38,501 bases of DNA, taken from Bacteroidales bacterium (lineage in GTDB: Bacteria > Bacteroidota > Bacteroidia > Bacteroidales > UBA12077). Below, in pieces: positions 1 to 9,885 of this stretch; within the stretch, counting starts at the first letter, position 1, and every line of letters starts with the position of its first letter. The stretch covers positions 1 through 38,501 of the forward strand of contig JANQHR010000125.1 in the NCBI GenBank assembly GCA_028282585.1. Direction: 5' to 3'. A model generated the notes under the pieces. The model did not search any database. It was not told the DNA's origin and saw nothing but the letters and a program-made list of their open reading frames with translations. The position numbers and the translations under genes are program-made.

Positions 1-92
1 ATTTTTTATCAATTTCATCTTAATACCATACTTTTTTTATCAAAAAGACAATAACCAAAACTTATTTGAAACCAAATATAAAAAAGCGGCAT

Positions 93-123
93 AAAAAAGA
101 GACTGCCTTTTTGGACAGCCTCT
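93..123 (-). terminator. Intrinsic terminator after the M57 protease gene
   Basis: Minus strand reads GAGGCTGTC-CAAAAA-GGCAGTCTC then a T-run; 9-bp stem with G:U pairs, about 30 nt past the stop. Confidence 0.7.
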
Positions 124-151
124 CTCTCATTTATTAGTACATTTTTAAATA

Positions 152-970
152 TTAATATAAATATTCTAAAGCTACTTCGTCATAATAGCCAAATTCTCCG
201 TCTTCGCTCCCGTTAAAGCAAGCTTTCATTAGAGATGAAGCATCATAACCTGTTGGAGTACCCGGAATATGCACTGCGCCATAAGGGTTTGCATCTTCAC
301 CAGAACCACCACAACTTGCTCTTGTAGCCCAATCAGTATGGCGTAAACCAACACAATGACCTATTTCATGCGTAATTACATGTTCAACTACATTTGTATC
401 ATAACTTTCTAAACCAGAGAAAATTTGAACCCACTTGTAAGGAGCCCCCCCACTTGGGAAACCAGCCATACCACCAGCTGCACCACTAACTTGATACACT
501 ACTATATCTTTTGATTGATAGTCTGTACCAAAAGTTAAATTAAAATACAATCCCAGGTCTAACCTATTATAGTTATCAATAGCCCATCGTAAAGCGGTTT
601 GCATTTTTGATGAAAGAGCATTGCCGCTTCCCGTATAACCAATAACATCAATTGTTTGGTTGTTTGTAACTAAATTATACGTTCGATACTGTTTTTCCCT
701 AATATCCAGAATTTTCATTGCTTCTAACTGTTCTGCAGTCATAGCAATATCGCCTTCAATAATATAAGCATTAAATTCCGATCCATCTGGTAATTCAACA
801 GTACCAAACTTTACATCATCAGTGTTAAAATGCAAAGATTCGATCTTTTCTAAAACTTCTTGAGAAATTTCTTCTGTTTCTTGTAATTCAACTTCCTCTT
901 TTTGACATGCGTAAAAAATTGTTCCTATTGCAAGAAAAATTATAGGAATAAAAAATCTTAAGGTTTTCAT
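152..970 (-). CDS. M57-family (dual-action HEIGH) zinc metalloprotease, probable lipoprotein
   Basis: HEIGHCVGLRH zincin motif; IEGDI and QYRT(Y)NLV N-terminal motifs; signal peptide with lipobox-like FYAC. Confidence 0.85.
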   Translation of the reverse strand: MKTLRFFIPIIFLAIGTIFYACQKEEVELQETEEISQEVLEKIESLHFNTDDVKFGTVELPDGSEFNAYIIEGDIAMTAEQLEAMKILDIREKQYRTYNLVTNNQTIDVIGYTGSGNALSSKMQTALRWAIDNYNRLDLGLYFNLTFGTDYQSKDIVVYQVSGAAGGMAGFPSGGAPYKWVQIFSGLESYDTNVVEHVITHEIGHCVGLRHTDWATRASCGGSGEDANPYGAVHIPGTPTGYDASSLMKACFNGSEDGEFGYYDEVALEYLY

Positions 971-1293
971 TGTAAAATAATTAAGTTAATAAATTAGTTA
1001 TAGAATGTTGAGTACTAATAAATGCGCTTAGGTTAAATTGCGTCAACTAATATAATATTTTATAAAGTTTTTATAAACCAGTATCGACAAATAACCTATT
1101 GTAACCCCCAAAAGGTTATCTTCAACTGATTAAATGATAAAAAATCAAATTTGGTCAATCATATCATCTTTAAAATATAATATCAGATTCTTAAGAATAA
1201 AGGTGGAAGTGTTTAACATTATAAATGTTGTATTATAGATGTTATTTCTACTATTTAATTAATAATTATCTTTAACATTAAAAAACTTAGCAA

Positions 1294-2409
1294 ATGAATG
1301 CAATCTTCATTATAGGAAGTGTACAGGCTTTCTTTTTTTCTGTTCTAATATTCACAAAAACACAGAAAAAACTTCATGATAAAATTTTAGGATTATGGTT
1401 GTTTTTCATGGGATTGCAGCTTTTAATGAAATATATAATTTTTAATGAGTTGTATGTTTACATTCCTTGGATTCTTGGATTTAATGGTGGGCTTCCATTA
1501 GTACATGGTCCTTTTTTATTTTTATACATAAATGCACTAACTGAAAACTATAACAAACTTAGAAGTATTGATTTACTGCACCTTCTTCCTTTTATAATTT
1601 TTTATACTTATTTGTCTCCGGTTTTATTTTTAAGCCCTGAAGATAAAATTCAAATTTTTATTCATGGTGGAAGTTTTGATATGAAATATCTACCACTTTT
1701 CTTGATGATTTTGATTTCAGGTCCTATTTATATCATTTGGTCTTTTTTTTCTCTTAAAAAACATCAGGAAAATATCCTAAAGTTTTTTTCTTTCAACGAA
1801 AGAGTTGGATTAAAGTGGCTTTATTATTTAACTCTTGGATTAATGGTTATATGGGTAGCTATATTTATGTCTTATTTATTTGAGCAAGTTTTTCGAATTA
1901 TTAATTCGACCGAACGTGATTTTATAATCTATATAGTTTTTGTAATTTATGTTTTTGTAGTAGGATTTAAAGGTTTTAAGCAGGGAAGTATATTTTTTAA
2001 TTTACATTTATTATCAATTAATCAAGATAAATCCTCAAAACCAAAAGAAAAATCCCAAATAAAGAATAGTGATGAAACCTTGATAAGAATTCAAGATTAT
2101 ATGGAAACCGAAAAACCGTTTTTAGAAGAAAAACTTTCCATTGTTCAATTATCAGAAAGTCTGGATATTCCTTATTATATACTTTCACAGATTATTAATG
2201 AAAAACTAAATCAAAATTTCTTTGATTTTGTTAACACATATAGAGTTAACGAAGCAAAAGAAAAATTAATTGATCCTAAATTTGATCATTACACGATCCT
2301 GGGAATTGCAATGGAATGCGGTTTTAATTCAAAGGCTTCTTTTAACAGGATTTTCAAGTTAAAAACATCTGAAACGCCCACTCAGTTTAGAAATTCACAA
2401 AAAGAATAA
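1294..2409 (+). CDS. Membrane-anchored AraC-family transcriptional regulator
   Basis: About 7 hydrophobic N-terminal helices; C-terminal AraC HTH (NFFDFVNTYRVNEAK...IAMECGFNSKASFNRIFK...TPTQFR). Confidence 0.9.
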   Translation: MNAIFIIGSVQAFFFSVLIFTKTQKKLHDKILGLWLFFMGLQLLMKYIIFNELYVYIPWILGFNGGLPLVHGPFLFLYINALTENYNKLRSIDLLHLLPFIIFYTYLSPVLFLSPEDKIQIFIHGGSFDMKYLPLFLMILISGPIYIIWSFFSLKKHQENILKFFSFNERVGLKWLYYLTLGLMVIWVAIFMSYLFEQVFRIINSTERDFIIYIVFVIYVFVVGFKGFKQGSIFFNLHLLSINQDKSSKPKEKSQIKNSDETLIRIQDYMETEKPFLEEKLSIVQLSESLDIPYYILSQIINEKLNQNFFDFVNTYRVNEAKEKLIDPKFDHYTILGIAMECGFNSKASFNRIFKLKTSETPTQFRNSQKE

Positions 2410-2440
2410 AAAAATTAATTTAATAAACTTATCTGACTAA

Positions 2441-3229
2441 TTACAGTAAAAATCTATCTTTTAGGTTCTTTCGGCCACTTTTACTAATTCGGTATCTATT
2501 ATTATTTTTCAAGATGACAATATGCTCATCGACCGTATACTTCTCTATTGATTGAATATAATCAATGTTAATAATTGTGCTTCGATGAATTCTCACGAAC
2601 TGGTTATTATCCAATTTTTCTTGGATTGAGTTTAACGATTTACGCATTATGTGTTCATCAATTGATGTAATTATTTTTAAATAGTAATCGGAAGCCTCAA
2701 TAGCTATAACATCTTTAACATCGATAAAAGTTACTCCTCCTTCCCGCTTTACCAATATTCGATTCGTAAATTCTTCGACCGGTTCTTCAGTCTTTTCAAC
2801 TGGTTTTGTAAACTGTTTTACCAAATCTTCGATGTTTTGAGAATATTTGCCCGATTTGATCATTGATATTTGCTTTTTAGTTCTTTTTAGTACGTCAAAA
2901 AACCGATCATCTTCAAAAGGTTTCAGAAGGTAGTCAAAGGCACTTGCCTCAAATGCCTTTATTGCATATTGGTCGAATGCCGTTATAAAAATAATTAAGG
3001 GACTTACAGTATTGGGTAGTTTATTTAATACTTCAAATCCATTCATATCAGGCATCTGTATGTCGAGAAATACTGCATCGGGTTCATAATGCATAATACT
3101 TTCAACTGCTTGTTTACCATTTGCACATATATCTAGCACCTCAAATTCAGAATCTTTTGAAAGCAACATGGAAACTCCTTCTCTTGCAACTTTCTCATCA
3201 TCAACAATTATGGTTCTTATTTTAATCAT
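2441..3229 (-). CDS. LytTR-family response regulator
   Basis: Receiver motifs IVDDE, FLDIQMP, FITAFD, DYLLKP and LytTR motif FVRIHRS; start moved to ATG 3229 (MIKIRT), which overlaps the kinase stop. Confidence 0.92.
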   Translation of the reverse strand: MIKIRTIIVDDEKVAREGVSMLLSKDSEFEVLDICANGKQAVESIMHYEPDAVFLDIQMPDMNGFEVLNKLPNTVSPLIIFITAFDQYAIKAFEASAFDYLLKPFEDDRFFDVLKRTKKQISMIKSGKYSQNIEDLVKQFTKPVEKTEEPVEEFTNRILVKREGGVTFIDVKDVIAIEASDYYLKIITSIDEHIMRKSLNSIQEKLDNNQFVRIHRSTIINIDYIQSIEKYTVDEHIVILKNNNRYRISKSGRKNLKDRFLL

Positions 3230-4316
3230 CCTTATTTTCAATTAAAGGAAACGTAAAGATAGCAGTTGTTCCTTTTCCGGGTTTACTCATAATCTCAACC
3301 TGGTTTTTACCAAATATCTTTTCACATCTTTCCAATGTGTTTTTTAAACCTATACCATTATTTAAGAAACCCTCATCAGATATATCAAATCCTTTTCCAT
3401 TATCTTTCGCTTCAATTTTTAACCTTTCATTCTCGATAAATGATTTTATTTCAATATGCATAACTCCGTTAAGGCTTTTCATACCATGTTTAATACTATT
3501 TTCAACTATAGGTTGTAAAATCATATCCGGAACCCGGCAGTTTAATGTATTCTTATCGAGTTTAAATTCGTAAGTTAATGATTCTTCAAATCGTATCGAT
3601 TCTATGCTCAGATACTTACCTATTAATTGTAATTCCTGTTCTACCGTAACCAACTGGTCATCTTTTGATAATAAAACCTGACGTAACATATCCCCCAATC
3701 GACTAATTACCTTGTTTGCATTGTCCTTTTTATCCATTCGCACCAACATGCTTATAGTATTTAAAGTATTAAACAGAAAATGTGGGTGAAGCTGCATCTT
3801 TAACGAGCTCAACTGCGACTCAACCAAAAGCTTTTGCAATTCAATATTTCTTGCCTCTTTATCCTTGTATTTCTTGTAATAATTGATCGTTAGCAAAAAC
3901 AAAAGCATGGCTGTATACATAATATACTGGTATATGAACCATGCTAACGAAAAGTCTTTAGTATATTCAATTAATGTAACCCGTCCTAGTCCATAGTACA
4001 ACCAACGCCCCGTTCCTATAACAATTAAACTTATCATTCCGAGCACCGTTGCTACACCAATGTGATTCAATAAATCAAGGCTCTTGTTTTTGGAGTTCAT
4101 TATAGGATATTTATCCAAAATTCTTAAAACGATCGGTGAAAAAAAGGCCCATATCAAAAAGGTTGGTACGTGCTCTAATATAGTTCCCCAAAATCTGCAT
4201 CTTTCGCCGTCTAATGCATAACTGATATAACTTTGCCCTCCATATAAAAGCGCTATTATGGTCCAAAACACAATAATGTATATAGGCTTTATATTAGACT
4301 TACTTTCCTTTTTCAT
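3222..4316 (-). CDS. LytS/YehU-type sensor histidine kinase
   Basis: Membrane N-terminus; LKMQLHPHFLFNTLN H-box; LQPIVENSIKHG, DNGKG and GIGLKN ATPase boxes. Confidence 0.92.
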   Translation of the reverse strand: MKKESKSNIKPIYIIVFWTIIALLYGGQSYISYALDGERCRFWGTILEHVPTFLIWAFFSPIVLRILDKYPIMNSKNKSLDLLNHIGVATVLGMISLIVIGTGRWLYYGLGRVTLIEYTKDFSLAWFIYQYIMYTAMLLFLLTINYYKKYKDKEARNIELQKLLVESQLSSLKMQLHPHFLFNTLNTISMLVRMDKKDNANKVISRLGDMLRQVLLSKDDQLVTVEQELQLIGKYLSIESIRFEESLTYEFKLDKNTLNCRVPDMILQPIVENSIKHGMKSLNGVMHIEIKSFIENERLKIEAKDNGKGFDISDEGFLNNGIGLKNTLERCEKIFGKNQVEIMSKPGKGTTAIFTFPLIENKDD

Positions 4317-4399
4317 TTCTTACAATTCTACAGCTCAAAAATACAAACCAATATTCATAAATGAAACTAATTGAATAACAAGTTTATAAACCCTTAAGT

Positions 4400-4432
4400 C
4401 GTTTACTGCAACTATATAGACATTCACTGCAA
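4400..4432 (+). promoter_or_regulatory. Putative LytTR-binding direct repeat upstream of the DUF5916 gene
   Basis: CGTTTACTGCAA (4400-4411) and CATTCACTGCAA (4421-4432), 21-bp period, in the divergent intergenic region next to the LytTR system. Confidence 0.65.
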
Positions 4433-4485
4433 ATCAATTTCACTAAGTAATTTTTATAGGGTTCTTTGTTGGAAAAACATAGAAT

Positions 4486-6588
4486 ATGAAAAATTTGAGA
4501 TTTGTTTTTATGGTACTAATTTTTGTTACATCGTTTAATAGCTTTGCTCAAAAAATTAAGATTGATGGCAACATCGATGAAACGCTTTGGAACGATGCCT
4601 TCGAATTTAACCAGTTTAAAACCTTTAAGCCTAATATTGGCCTCAATGCTTCAGAAAATACCAGGGTTTTAATCACCAATGATAGTATAAATTTGTATTT
4701 GGCAGTTATAGCTTCCGATAGCGACCCATCCAAAATTATGGCCAATCTTACCAGCCGTGATAACTTAAAAAATGACGATGTATTTACCATAGAAATTGAT
4801 GTGAATAGAAGCTCAAACTCAAACATTTTCTTTAGAGTAAATCCATTGGGAATTCAAGAAGACGGAGTTATAACCCAGGATGAAGATGAAGACCTTAATC
4901 CTGATAAAGTATGGTATAGCAAAGGAATGATAACTGATTTCGGTTACCAAGTTGAGATTGCCATTCCATTTCAGACCTTGCGATTTAAATGGAAACCAGA
5001 AGTAGAAATAAAAATGGGATTTATGCGTAAGCTTTATCGAAAATCAGAGATAGTGGTTTACCCTGAATACAAACCCGACTTAAGCAATCGCTTAATGCAA
5101 AGAGATGTACTTACTTTTACCAACATTAAAAAACAAAGAGTATTAGAAATTATACCTTCTGTTACTTACACTTATGATGATGTGTTGGAAGATGGAATAT
5201 GGGAAAACAAGCAAAACAAAGTAGAAACAGGAATTACAGGTAAATTTGGTTTAACCTCCGACCTGGTTCTTGATTTAACCTATAACCCTGATTTTTCACA
5301 GGTAGAAAGCGACGCAGGAAAAATAGACATCAATTTAAGAAACCCACTATACTTTCCTGAGAAACGTCCATTTTTTCAGGAAGGCATAGAACTCTTTAAT
5401 TTCGGAGGAAATAGCCTTTATTCTATGCCATTAAAGTATGTCGTGCATACCAGAAATATCGTTGACCCCGTGTATGGGGTAAAATTAACAGGTAATATGG
5501 GAGAAAAATATTCCATTGCATCCATTGTTTCTACCGACGACAATCCCGGAAATAATGATCATTACCAGATTTTCAGAATGCAAAGGAAATTAAAAGATGA
5601 TAATTTTATTGGAGTAACTTATACAGGTAAGGAAACTCCTATTGGTTATAATCGGATTGGAGGTTTAGATGGTAGAATAAGGATCAACGGCAAAAATAGT
5701 ATCGAATACAACTTTTTTAGATCATTTTCCGATGATACCATACAGTTTAAAGCAGGTAATAGTTTTGGTGGGCATTATAATTACAAGGGACGTTTCAGTA
5801 ATTTTGCCATAGGATACTATCAATACGATCAGGATTTTAATACCGAAACAGGCTTTATAACCAGAACCGGATTACAAGTTTTTCCAGTACGCTTTAATGC
5901 TAATATTCCCTTAAAATCGGAGTTTGTTAATAAAATGGGCATTTGGATTAATTCCAGACCAAGAATAGATATGGAGAGTGACAAATTCGAACAATGGACC
6001 TATACAGGCCTTGAGTTTTATTTCAAGAATGATAGCTGGATCTGGTTTGGACGAGGATTTGCTTCTGAAATTTTTCAGAATGAATCTTTCGATGTGAGTG
6101 ATTACGGTGGAGGTTATTATCTTCAGTTAAATAAATATATTTACCTGGAAGGATATATTAGTTGGGGTAATAGAATCTATTACGATCAAATTAATCCTTA
6201 TCAGGGTTACGGTTGGGTTATGGATCACGCTTTGCAGTTAGCTCCTACAAATCAATTAAAATTTAAATTTTCAGGCGACTACGCTAATTTTTACAGAAAA
6301 TCAGATAAAAAATTTATTTATGATTATACTATTACCAGGTTGCATGCAACGTATCAATTAAATAAATATCTGTTTTTTAGAGTATTTGGAGAATACAACT
6401 TTTATAAAGATAGTATGGGGACCGAATTACTAGTTTCATTCACTTATATTCCCGGTACGGTAATTCAATTAGGTTATACTCTAAATGCGGAGAGAAAACT
6501 ATTAGATAAAAATATGATTCCAAACCAAGATTTAATAATAAATAAGAACCTGATATTCTTTAAAGCATCTTATCTATTTAAACGATAA
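4486..6588 (+). CDS. Secreted/outer-membrane protein with CBM9-like N-terminus and DUF5916-type domain
   Basis: Signal peptide; IKIDGNIDETLW; LTYNPDFSQVESD...FPEKRPFFQEG signature; beta-barrel-like C-terminus (FFKASYLF). Confidence 0.8.
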   Translation: MKNLRFVFMVLIFVTSFNSFAQKIKIDGNIDETLWNDAFEFNQFKTFKPNIGLNASENTRVLITNDSINLYLAVIASDSDPSKIMANLTSRDNLKNDDVFTIEIDVNRSSNSNIFFRVNPLGIQEDGVITQDEDEDLNPDKVWYSKGMITDFGYQVEIAIPFQTLRFKWKPEVEIKMGFMRKLYRKSEIVVYPEYKPDLSNRLMQRDVLTFTNIKKQRVLEIIPSVTYTYDDVLEDGIWENKQNKVETGITGKFGLTSDLVLDLTYNPDFSQVESDAGKIDINLRNPLYFPEKRPFFQEGIELFNFGGNSLYSMPLKYVVHTRNIVDPVYGVKLTGNMGEKYSIASIVSTDDNPGNNDHYQIFRMQRKLKDDNFIGVTYTGKETPIGYNRIGGLDGRIRINGKNSIEYNFFRSFSDDTIQFKAGNSFGGHYNYKGRFSNFAIGYYQYDQDFNTETGFITRTGLQVFPVRFNANIPLKSEFVNKMGIWINSRPRIDMESDKFEQWTYTGLEFYFKNDSWIWFGRGFASEIFQNESFDVSDYGGGYYLQLNKYIYLEGYISWGNRIYYDQINPYQGYGWVMDHALQLAPTNQLKFKFSGDYANFYRKSDKKFIYDYTITRLHATYQLNKYLFFRVFGEYNFYKDSMGTELLVSFTYIPGTVIQLGYTLNAERKLLDKNMIPNQDLIINKNLIFFKASYLFKR

Positions 6589-6617
6589 ACTAAATTTTAA
6601 TTTTAAAACATATTATT

Positions 6618-7067
6618 ATGAAACGTATTTTTTTTGCTTTTGCAGGATTATTTTTAATCGCTTGTATATCTGAACATCCTGAGACAACAGTTGTAGAATA
6701 TTCAAAGGAAGAAAAAGAAAGGCTTCGATATTTAAAAAAAGTTGAATGGCCAAAGGCTTATCGCGAACAAGACACCGTTTTACTTGATAGGATTCTTGCT
6801 AATGAATTCCAGTTTATACAGGCCGATGGCTTTTATTCAAATAAAGAAATTGAAATAGAATGGATTAAAAACAATGAGTATAGCTACGATTCTTTTTATT
6901 TTGAAATAAAAAGATTTGAATTCTTTGAAAATGGAACTGCTATAGTTTCCGGAACAGGTCATATTTTTATAGATACAACTGAAATTACTTATCAGTCAAG
7001 TAATGTATTAATTATGCGAAACAATGAGTGGAAAGCTATATCTTCTCATGTTTCAGGTGTTAAATAG
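6618..7067 (+). CDS. NTF2-like (DUF4440-type) lipoprotein
   Basis: Lipobox LIAC; pattern AYREQDTVLLDRILANEF...TAIVSG...WKAISSHVS. Confidence 0.75.
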   Translation: MKRIFFAFAGLFLIACISEHPETTVVEYSKEEKERLRYLKKVEWPKAYREQDTVLLDRILANEFQFIQADGFYSNKEIEIEWIKNNEYSYDSFYFEIKRFEFFENGTAIVSGTGHIFIDTTEITYQSSNVLIMRNNEWKAISSHVSGVK

Positions 7068-7144
7068 CCGATTATTTAATATTTATTTTTCTTCAAGTAG
7101 TTTTACTTATATTTATTTGTTACAAAATATTTTAGATGTGATTT

Positions 7145-7196
7145 GTCTCAAATTAGAAATATGAGACGATAAGATTTTTAACTACGCGTATGTTTG
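7145..7196 (+). promoter_or_regulatory. Inverted repeat GTCTCA-N11-TGAGAC (putative activator site) plus TAtgTTTG -7 promoter element
   Basis: IR at 7145-7167 and Bacteroidota -7 consensus at 7189-7196, upstream of the hydrolase. Confidence 0.55.
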
Positions 7197-7225
7197 TGGC
7201 ATAAAACTTAACTTGGTAAAAAATA

Positions 7226-8758
7226 ATGAAGAAAACAACTGTATTACTATTACTTTTAGTTAATTGTGGAATTTTAAATGCTAAAAAAGATTTATACCCA
7301 AAAATTGAAAATATAAACTCTTACAAGGCTGGAGAAATTATTACTCAAGAAGGAATTTCTAAGAACAAGCGCTATAAAAATTATCCGAAAAGAGTTGCAA
7401 CCACATTTGGAACGTTAATAGTTCAAGAAAATAGAAATAATCCAAATTCAAGGTTAATAAACCTTAATGTAAAAAAACTACATTCATTTAGTGAAAATCC
7501 TAAAGAACCAATATTCCTTCTATATGGAGGTCCTGGATCAAGTAATATAAAAGAAGCACCGTTATTATGGTTACTTGAGAATCACGATATTGTTATGGTT
7601 GGATATCGTGGTATTGACGGACCAATTACTTTGCAAAGTCACGAGATTCCGGAAGCTATGATAACAGATGACAATCCATTAGGTGAAAAAAACATTAAAC
7701 GATTAGCCGAAGCATCTTTAAAGACATATAACCGATTTAAAAATGAAGGAATTGACATAGATTCTTATAATATAATAGAAGTTATTGATGATTTTGAAGA
7801 TGCAAGAAAAGCTTTAGAATACAATAAAATAAACCTTTGGGGATTCAGCTATGGAACTCGCGTATCTTATCTTTATGCATTAAGATATCCTAAAAGTATT
7901 AACAGAACTATTATGGAAGGTGTTAATCCACCCGGGCATTTTGTTTGGGAGCCGGATGATATTGATACGTTATATACTTATTTAGGAGAACAATGGAAAA
8001 AAAATCCGGAATGTATTGCCAAAAGTCCGGATATTTTAAAAACTATAGAAAACGTATTAGCTGGTTTACCTAGGAAATGGAAAAAAATAAACATAAATCC
8101 TGATAAAGTTAAAATGATGATGTTTATGATGGCATACAACAGAATTGGTATTGTCCAAACCTTTGATGCATTTGTAGCTGCAGAACAAGGAGATTATAGT
8201 GGAATTGCTTTTCTATCAATGGCCTATGATCAGTTACCAAACATGCCAGGAATGTATTGGGGAGAGAATTTTGCGAAAGCTTTTAGTGCTGATTTTGATC
8301 CAAAAAGAGATTATATAAATGATATGGATCCGGAAGGATCTCTTATAGGGTCACCCATGTCAAAGCTTTTTGCAGTGGGAACTTTTGGTGGTTGGCCTAT
8401 GAAATCAATCCCTGAAGAATATAAAAAAATGCAAACATCCAATGTTACAACTCTTATGATAAGCGGATCAATTGACATTAGTACACCACTACAATATGGT
8501 ACCGAACTTTTGAGTTACTTGCCAAATGGACATCAAATTATTCTATTGGATAGAGGACATCAAGATACAGGAGTTTTACAAAAAGATTCCTATCATAAGT
8601 TAGTTTTAAACTTCTTTTCTGATGGAAGCATATATTCGGATTTTACTGATGTTCCTATAGATTTTACGACTCCTAAACAAACATTTCAAAAAATGGGAAA
8701 ACTTTTCTATAAGTTAAACAGACTAAAATTAACCGGTCTGGTAATGAAATTAATGTAA
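7226..8758 (+). CDS. Secreted alpha/beta hydrolase (TAP-like peptidase/esterase)
   Basis: Signal peptide; YGGPG oxyanion motif; GFSYG nucleophile elbow; SGSIDISTP and GH catalytic motifs. Confidence 0.85.
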   Translation: MKKTTVLLLLLVNCGILNAKKDLYPKIENINSYKAGEIITQEGISKNKRYKNYPKRVATTFGTLIVQENRNNPNSRLINLNVKKLHSFSENPKEPIFLLYGGPGSSNIKEAPLLWLLENHDIVMVGYRGIDGPITLQSHEIPEAMITDDNPLGEKNIKRLAEASLKTYNRFKNEGIDIDSYNIIEVIDDFEDARKALEYNKINLWGFSYGTRVSYLYALRYPKSINRTIMEGVNPPGHFVWEPDDIDTLYTYLGEQWKKNPECIAKSPDILKTIENVLAGLPRKWKKININPDKVKMMMFMMAYNRIGIVQTFDAFVAAEQGDYSGIAFLSMAYDQLPNMPGMYWGENFAKAFSADFDPKRDYINDMDPEGSLIGSPMSKLFAVGTFGGWPMKSIPEEYKKMQTSNVTTLMISGSIDISTPLQYGTELLSYLPNGHQIILLDRGHQDTGVLQKDSYHKLVLNFFSDGSIYSDFTDVPIDFTTPKQTFQKMGKLFYKLNRLKLTGLVMKLM

Positions 8759-8823
8759 TTAGGATTGTTAAAAATATGTTAATAGATAATTATTATTTCT
8801 ATTTTTTGTAATCAAAGTTTATT

Positions 8824-8831
8824 TATCTTTG
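8824..8831 (+). promoter_or_regulatory. Bacteroidota sigma70 -7 element (TAtcTTTG) for the eamA-yigZ-pyrBI leader
   Basis: Exact TAnnTTTG match followed by C. Confidence 0.55.
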
Positions 8832-8860
8832 CCAAGAATTATGATTTTTAGGATAAAATA

Positions 8861-8923
8861 ATGACATTAAAAATTTTTAAAGACAAAATACAGTCAACGG
8901 GAAAAAATATAAGGGTCAAATGA
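8861..8923 (+). other. Possible 20-aa leader peptide MTLKIFKDKIQSTGKNIRVK
   Basis: ATG..TGA after an A-rich stretch, ending about 10 nt before the terminator stem; translation unproven. Confidence 0.3.
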
Positions 8924-8928
8924 CTCCG

Positions 8929-8964
8929 AAAAACAGGTTTCTTTTCAAGAAGCCTGTTTTTTTT
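8929..8964 (+). terminator. Intrinsic terminator/attenuator directly upstream of eamA
   Basis: ACAGGTTTCTT-TTC-AAGAAGCCTGT 11-bp stem followed by a T-run to 8964; 18 nt before the eamA ATG. Confidence 0.75.
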
Positions 8965-8982
8965 GTGTAATAACGAAAAGGA

Positions 8983-9885
8983 ATGATTTTTTTAATATTT
9001 AGTATTCTTTCATCAGCTGCGATTTATGTAATCTTCAAATTTCTTGACAGGTTAAAAATCAAGACTTTCAACGTAATTATTATAAATTATATTACCGCAA
9101 CCGTTCTTGGAATACTTTTAACCAAATCTCAAGCTGATATTTACCCGATTTACAAAAATGCTTGGTTCCCCTACTCGATTTTGATTGGTATTATGTTTAT
9201 CATAATGTTTGTGGTAATTGCTAAATCGTCGCAGGTTGTTGGAATTGCTATTACTACTATATCAAACAAAATGTCAGTTATAATTCCAATAGCAGTTTCC
9301 ATTGTTATAGACCCTCTCGATGTATTAACGAACTTAAAAGCAACAGGAATAATATTAGCAATTCTTGCGGTTTTCTTATCCATTTATCAAAAACCTGCAG
9401 GAAGAAAGAAAGGAAAAAAAGTAGAATTCGATCCAAGGTATATTTACCTGCCTATTATCCTTTTTTTGGGAATGGGATTAGTCGATTCATTCGTAAAGTA
9501 TGCACAGCAATACTATGTTGCCAATGATGTATTGCCTATTTTTACTGTTATTTTATTTGCAATGTCTGCAATAGCCGGATTGATTATAAAGGCATTAAGA
9601 AGAACTCCTTTTAAAGAATTAATCCTTAAGAAAAACCTTCTATGGGGAATTGGATTAGGAATTAGTAATTACGGTTCATTATATTTTTTAATCAAAGCAC
9701 TTAACTATAAATCTCAAACCGGAGAAACCATAGATGGCTCCATTGTGTTTGGAATCAATAATTTAGGAATAATAACATTATCAGTAATGATAGGATTAAT
9801 AGTATTTAAAGAGCGGTTTTTAAAGATTAATTGGGTAGGAATAATTTTATCATTAATTGCAATTTATATATTATCAATTACTTAG
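8983..9885 (+). CDS. EamA/DMT-family transporter
   Basis: About 10 hydrophobic helices in two repeats; FKER...NWVGIILS ending. Confidence 0.85.
   Translation: MIFLIFSILSSAAIYVIFKFLDRLKIKTFNVIIINYITATVLGILLTKSQADIYPIYKNAWFPYSILIGIMFIIMFVVIAKSSQVVGIAITTISNKMSVIIPIAVSIVIDPLDVLTNLKATGIILAILAVFLSIYQKPAGRKKGKKVEFDPRYIYLPIILFLGMGLVDSFVKYAQQYYVANDVLPIFTVILFAMSAIAGLIIKALRRTPFKELILKKNLLWGIGLGISNYGSLYFLIKALNYKSQTGETIDGSIVFGINNLGIITLSVMIGLIVFKERFLKINWVGIILSLIAIYILSIT

Noticed and set aside
8860-8964. PyrR-binding attenuator
   Set aside because: No ARUCCNGNGAGGYU loop found and no pyrR in the window
9394-9405. PAGR peptide (CCTGCAGG palindrome) in the EamA loop as a coding REP insertion
   Set aside because: Only 8 bp of palindrome; cannot be distinguished from chance without homolog alignment
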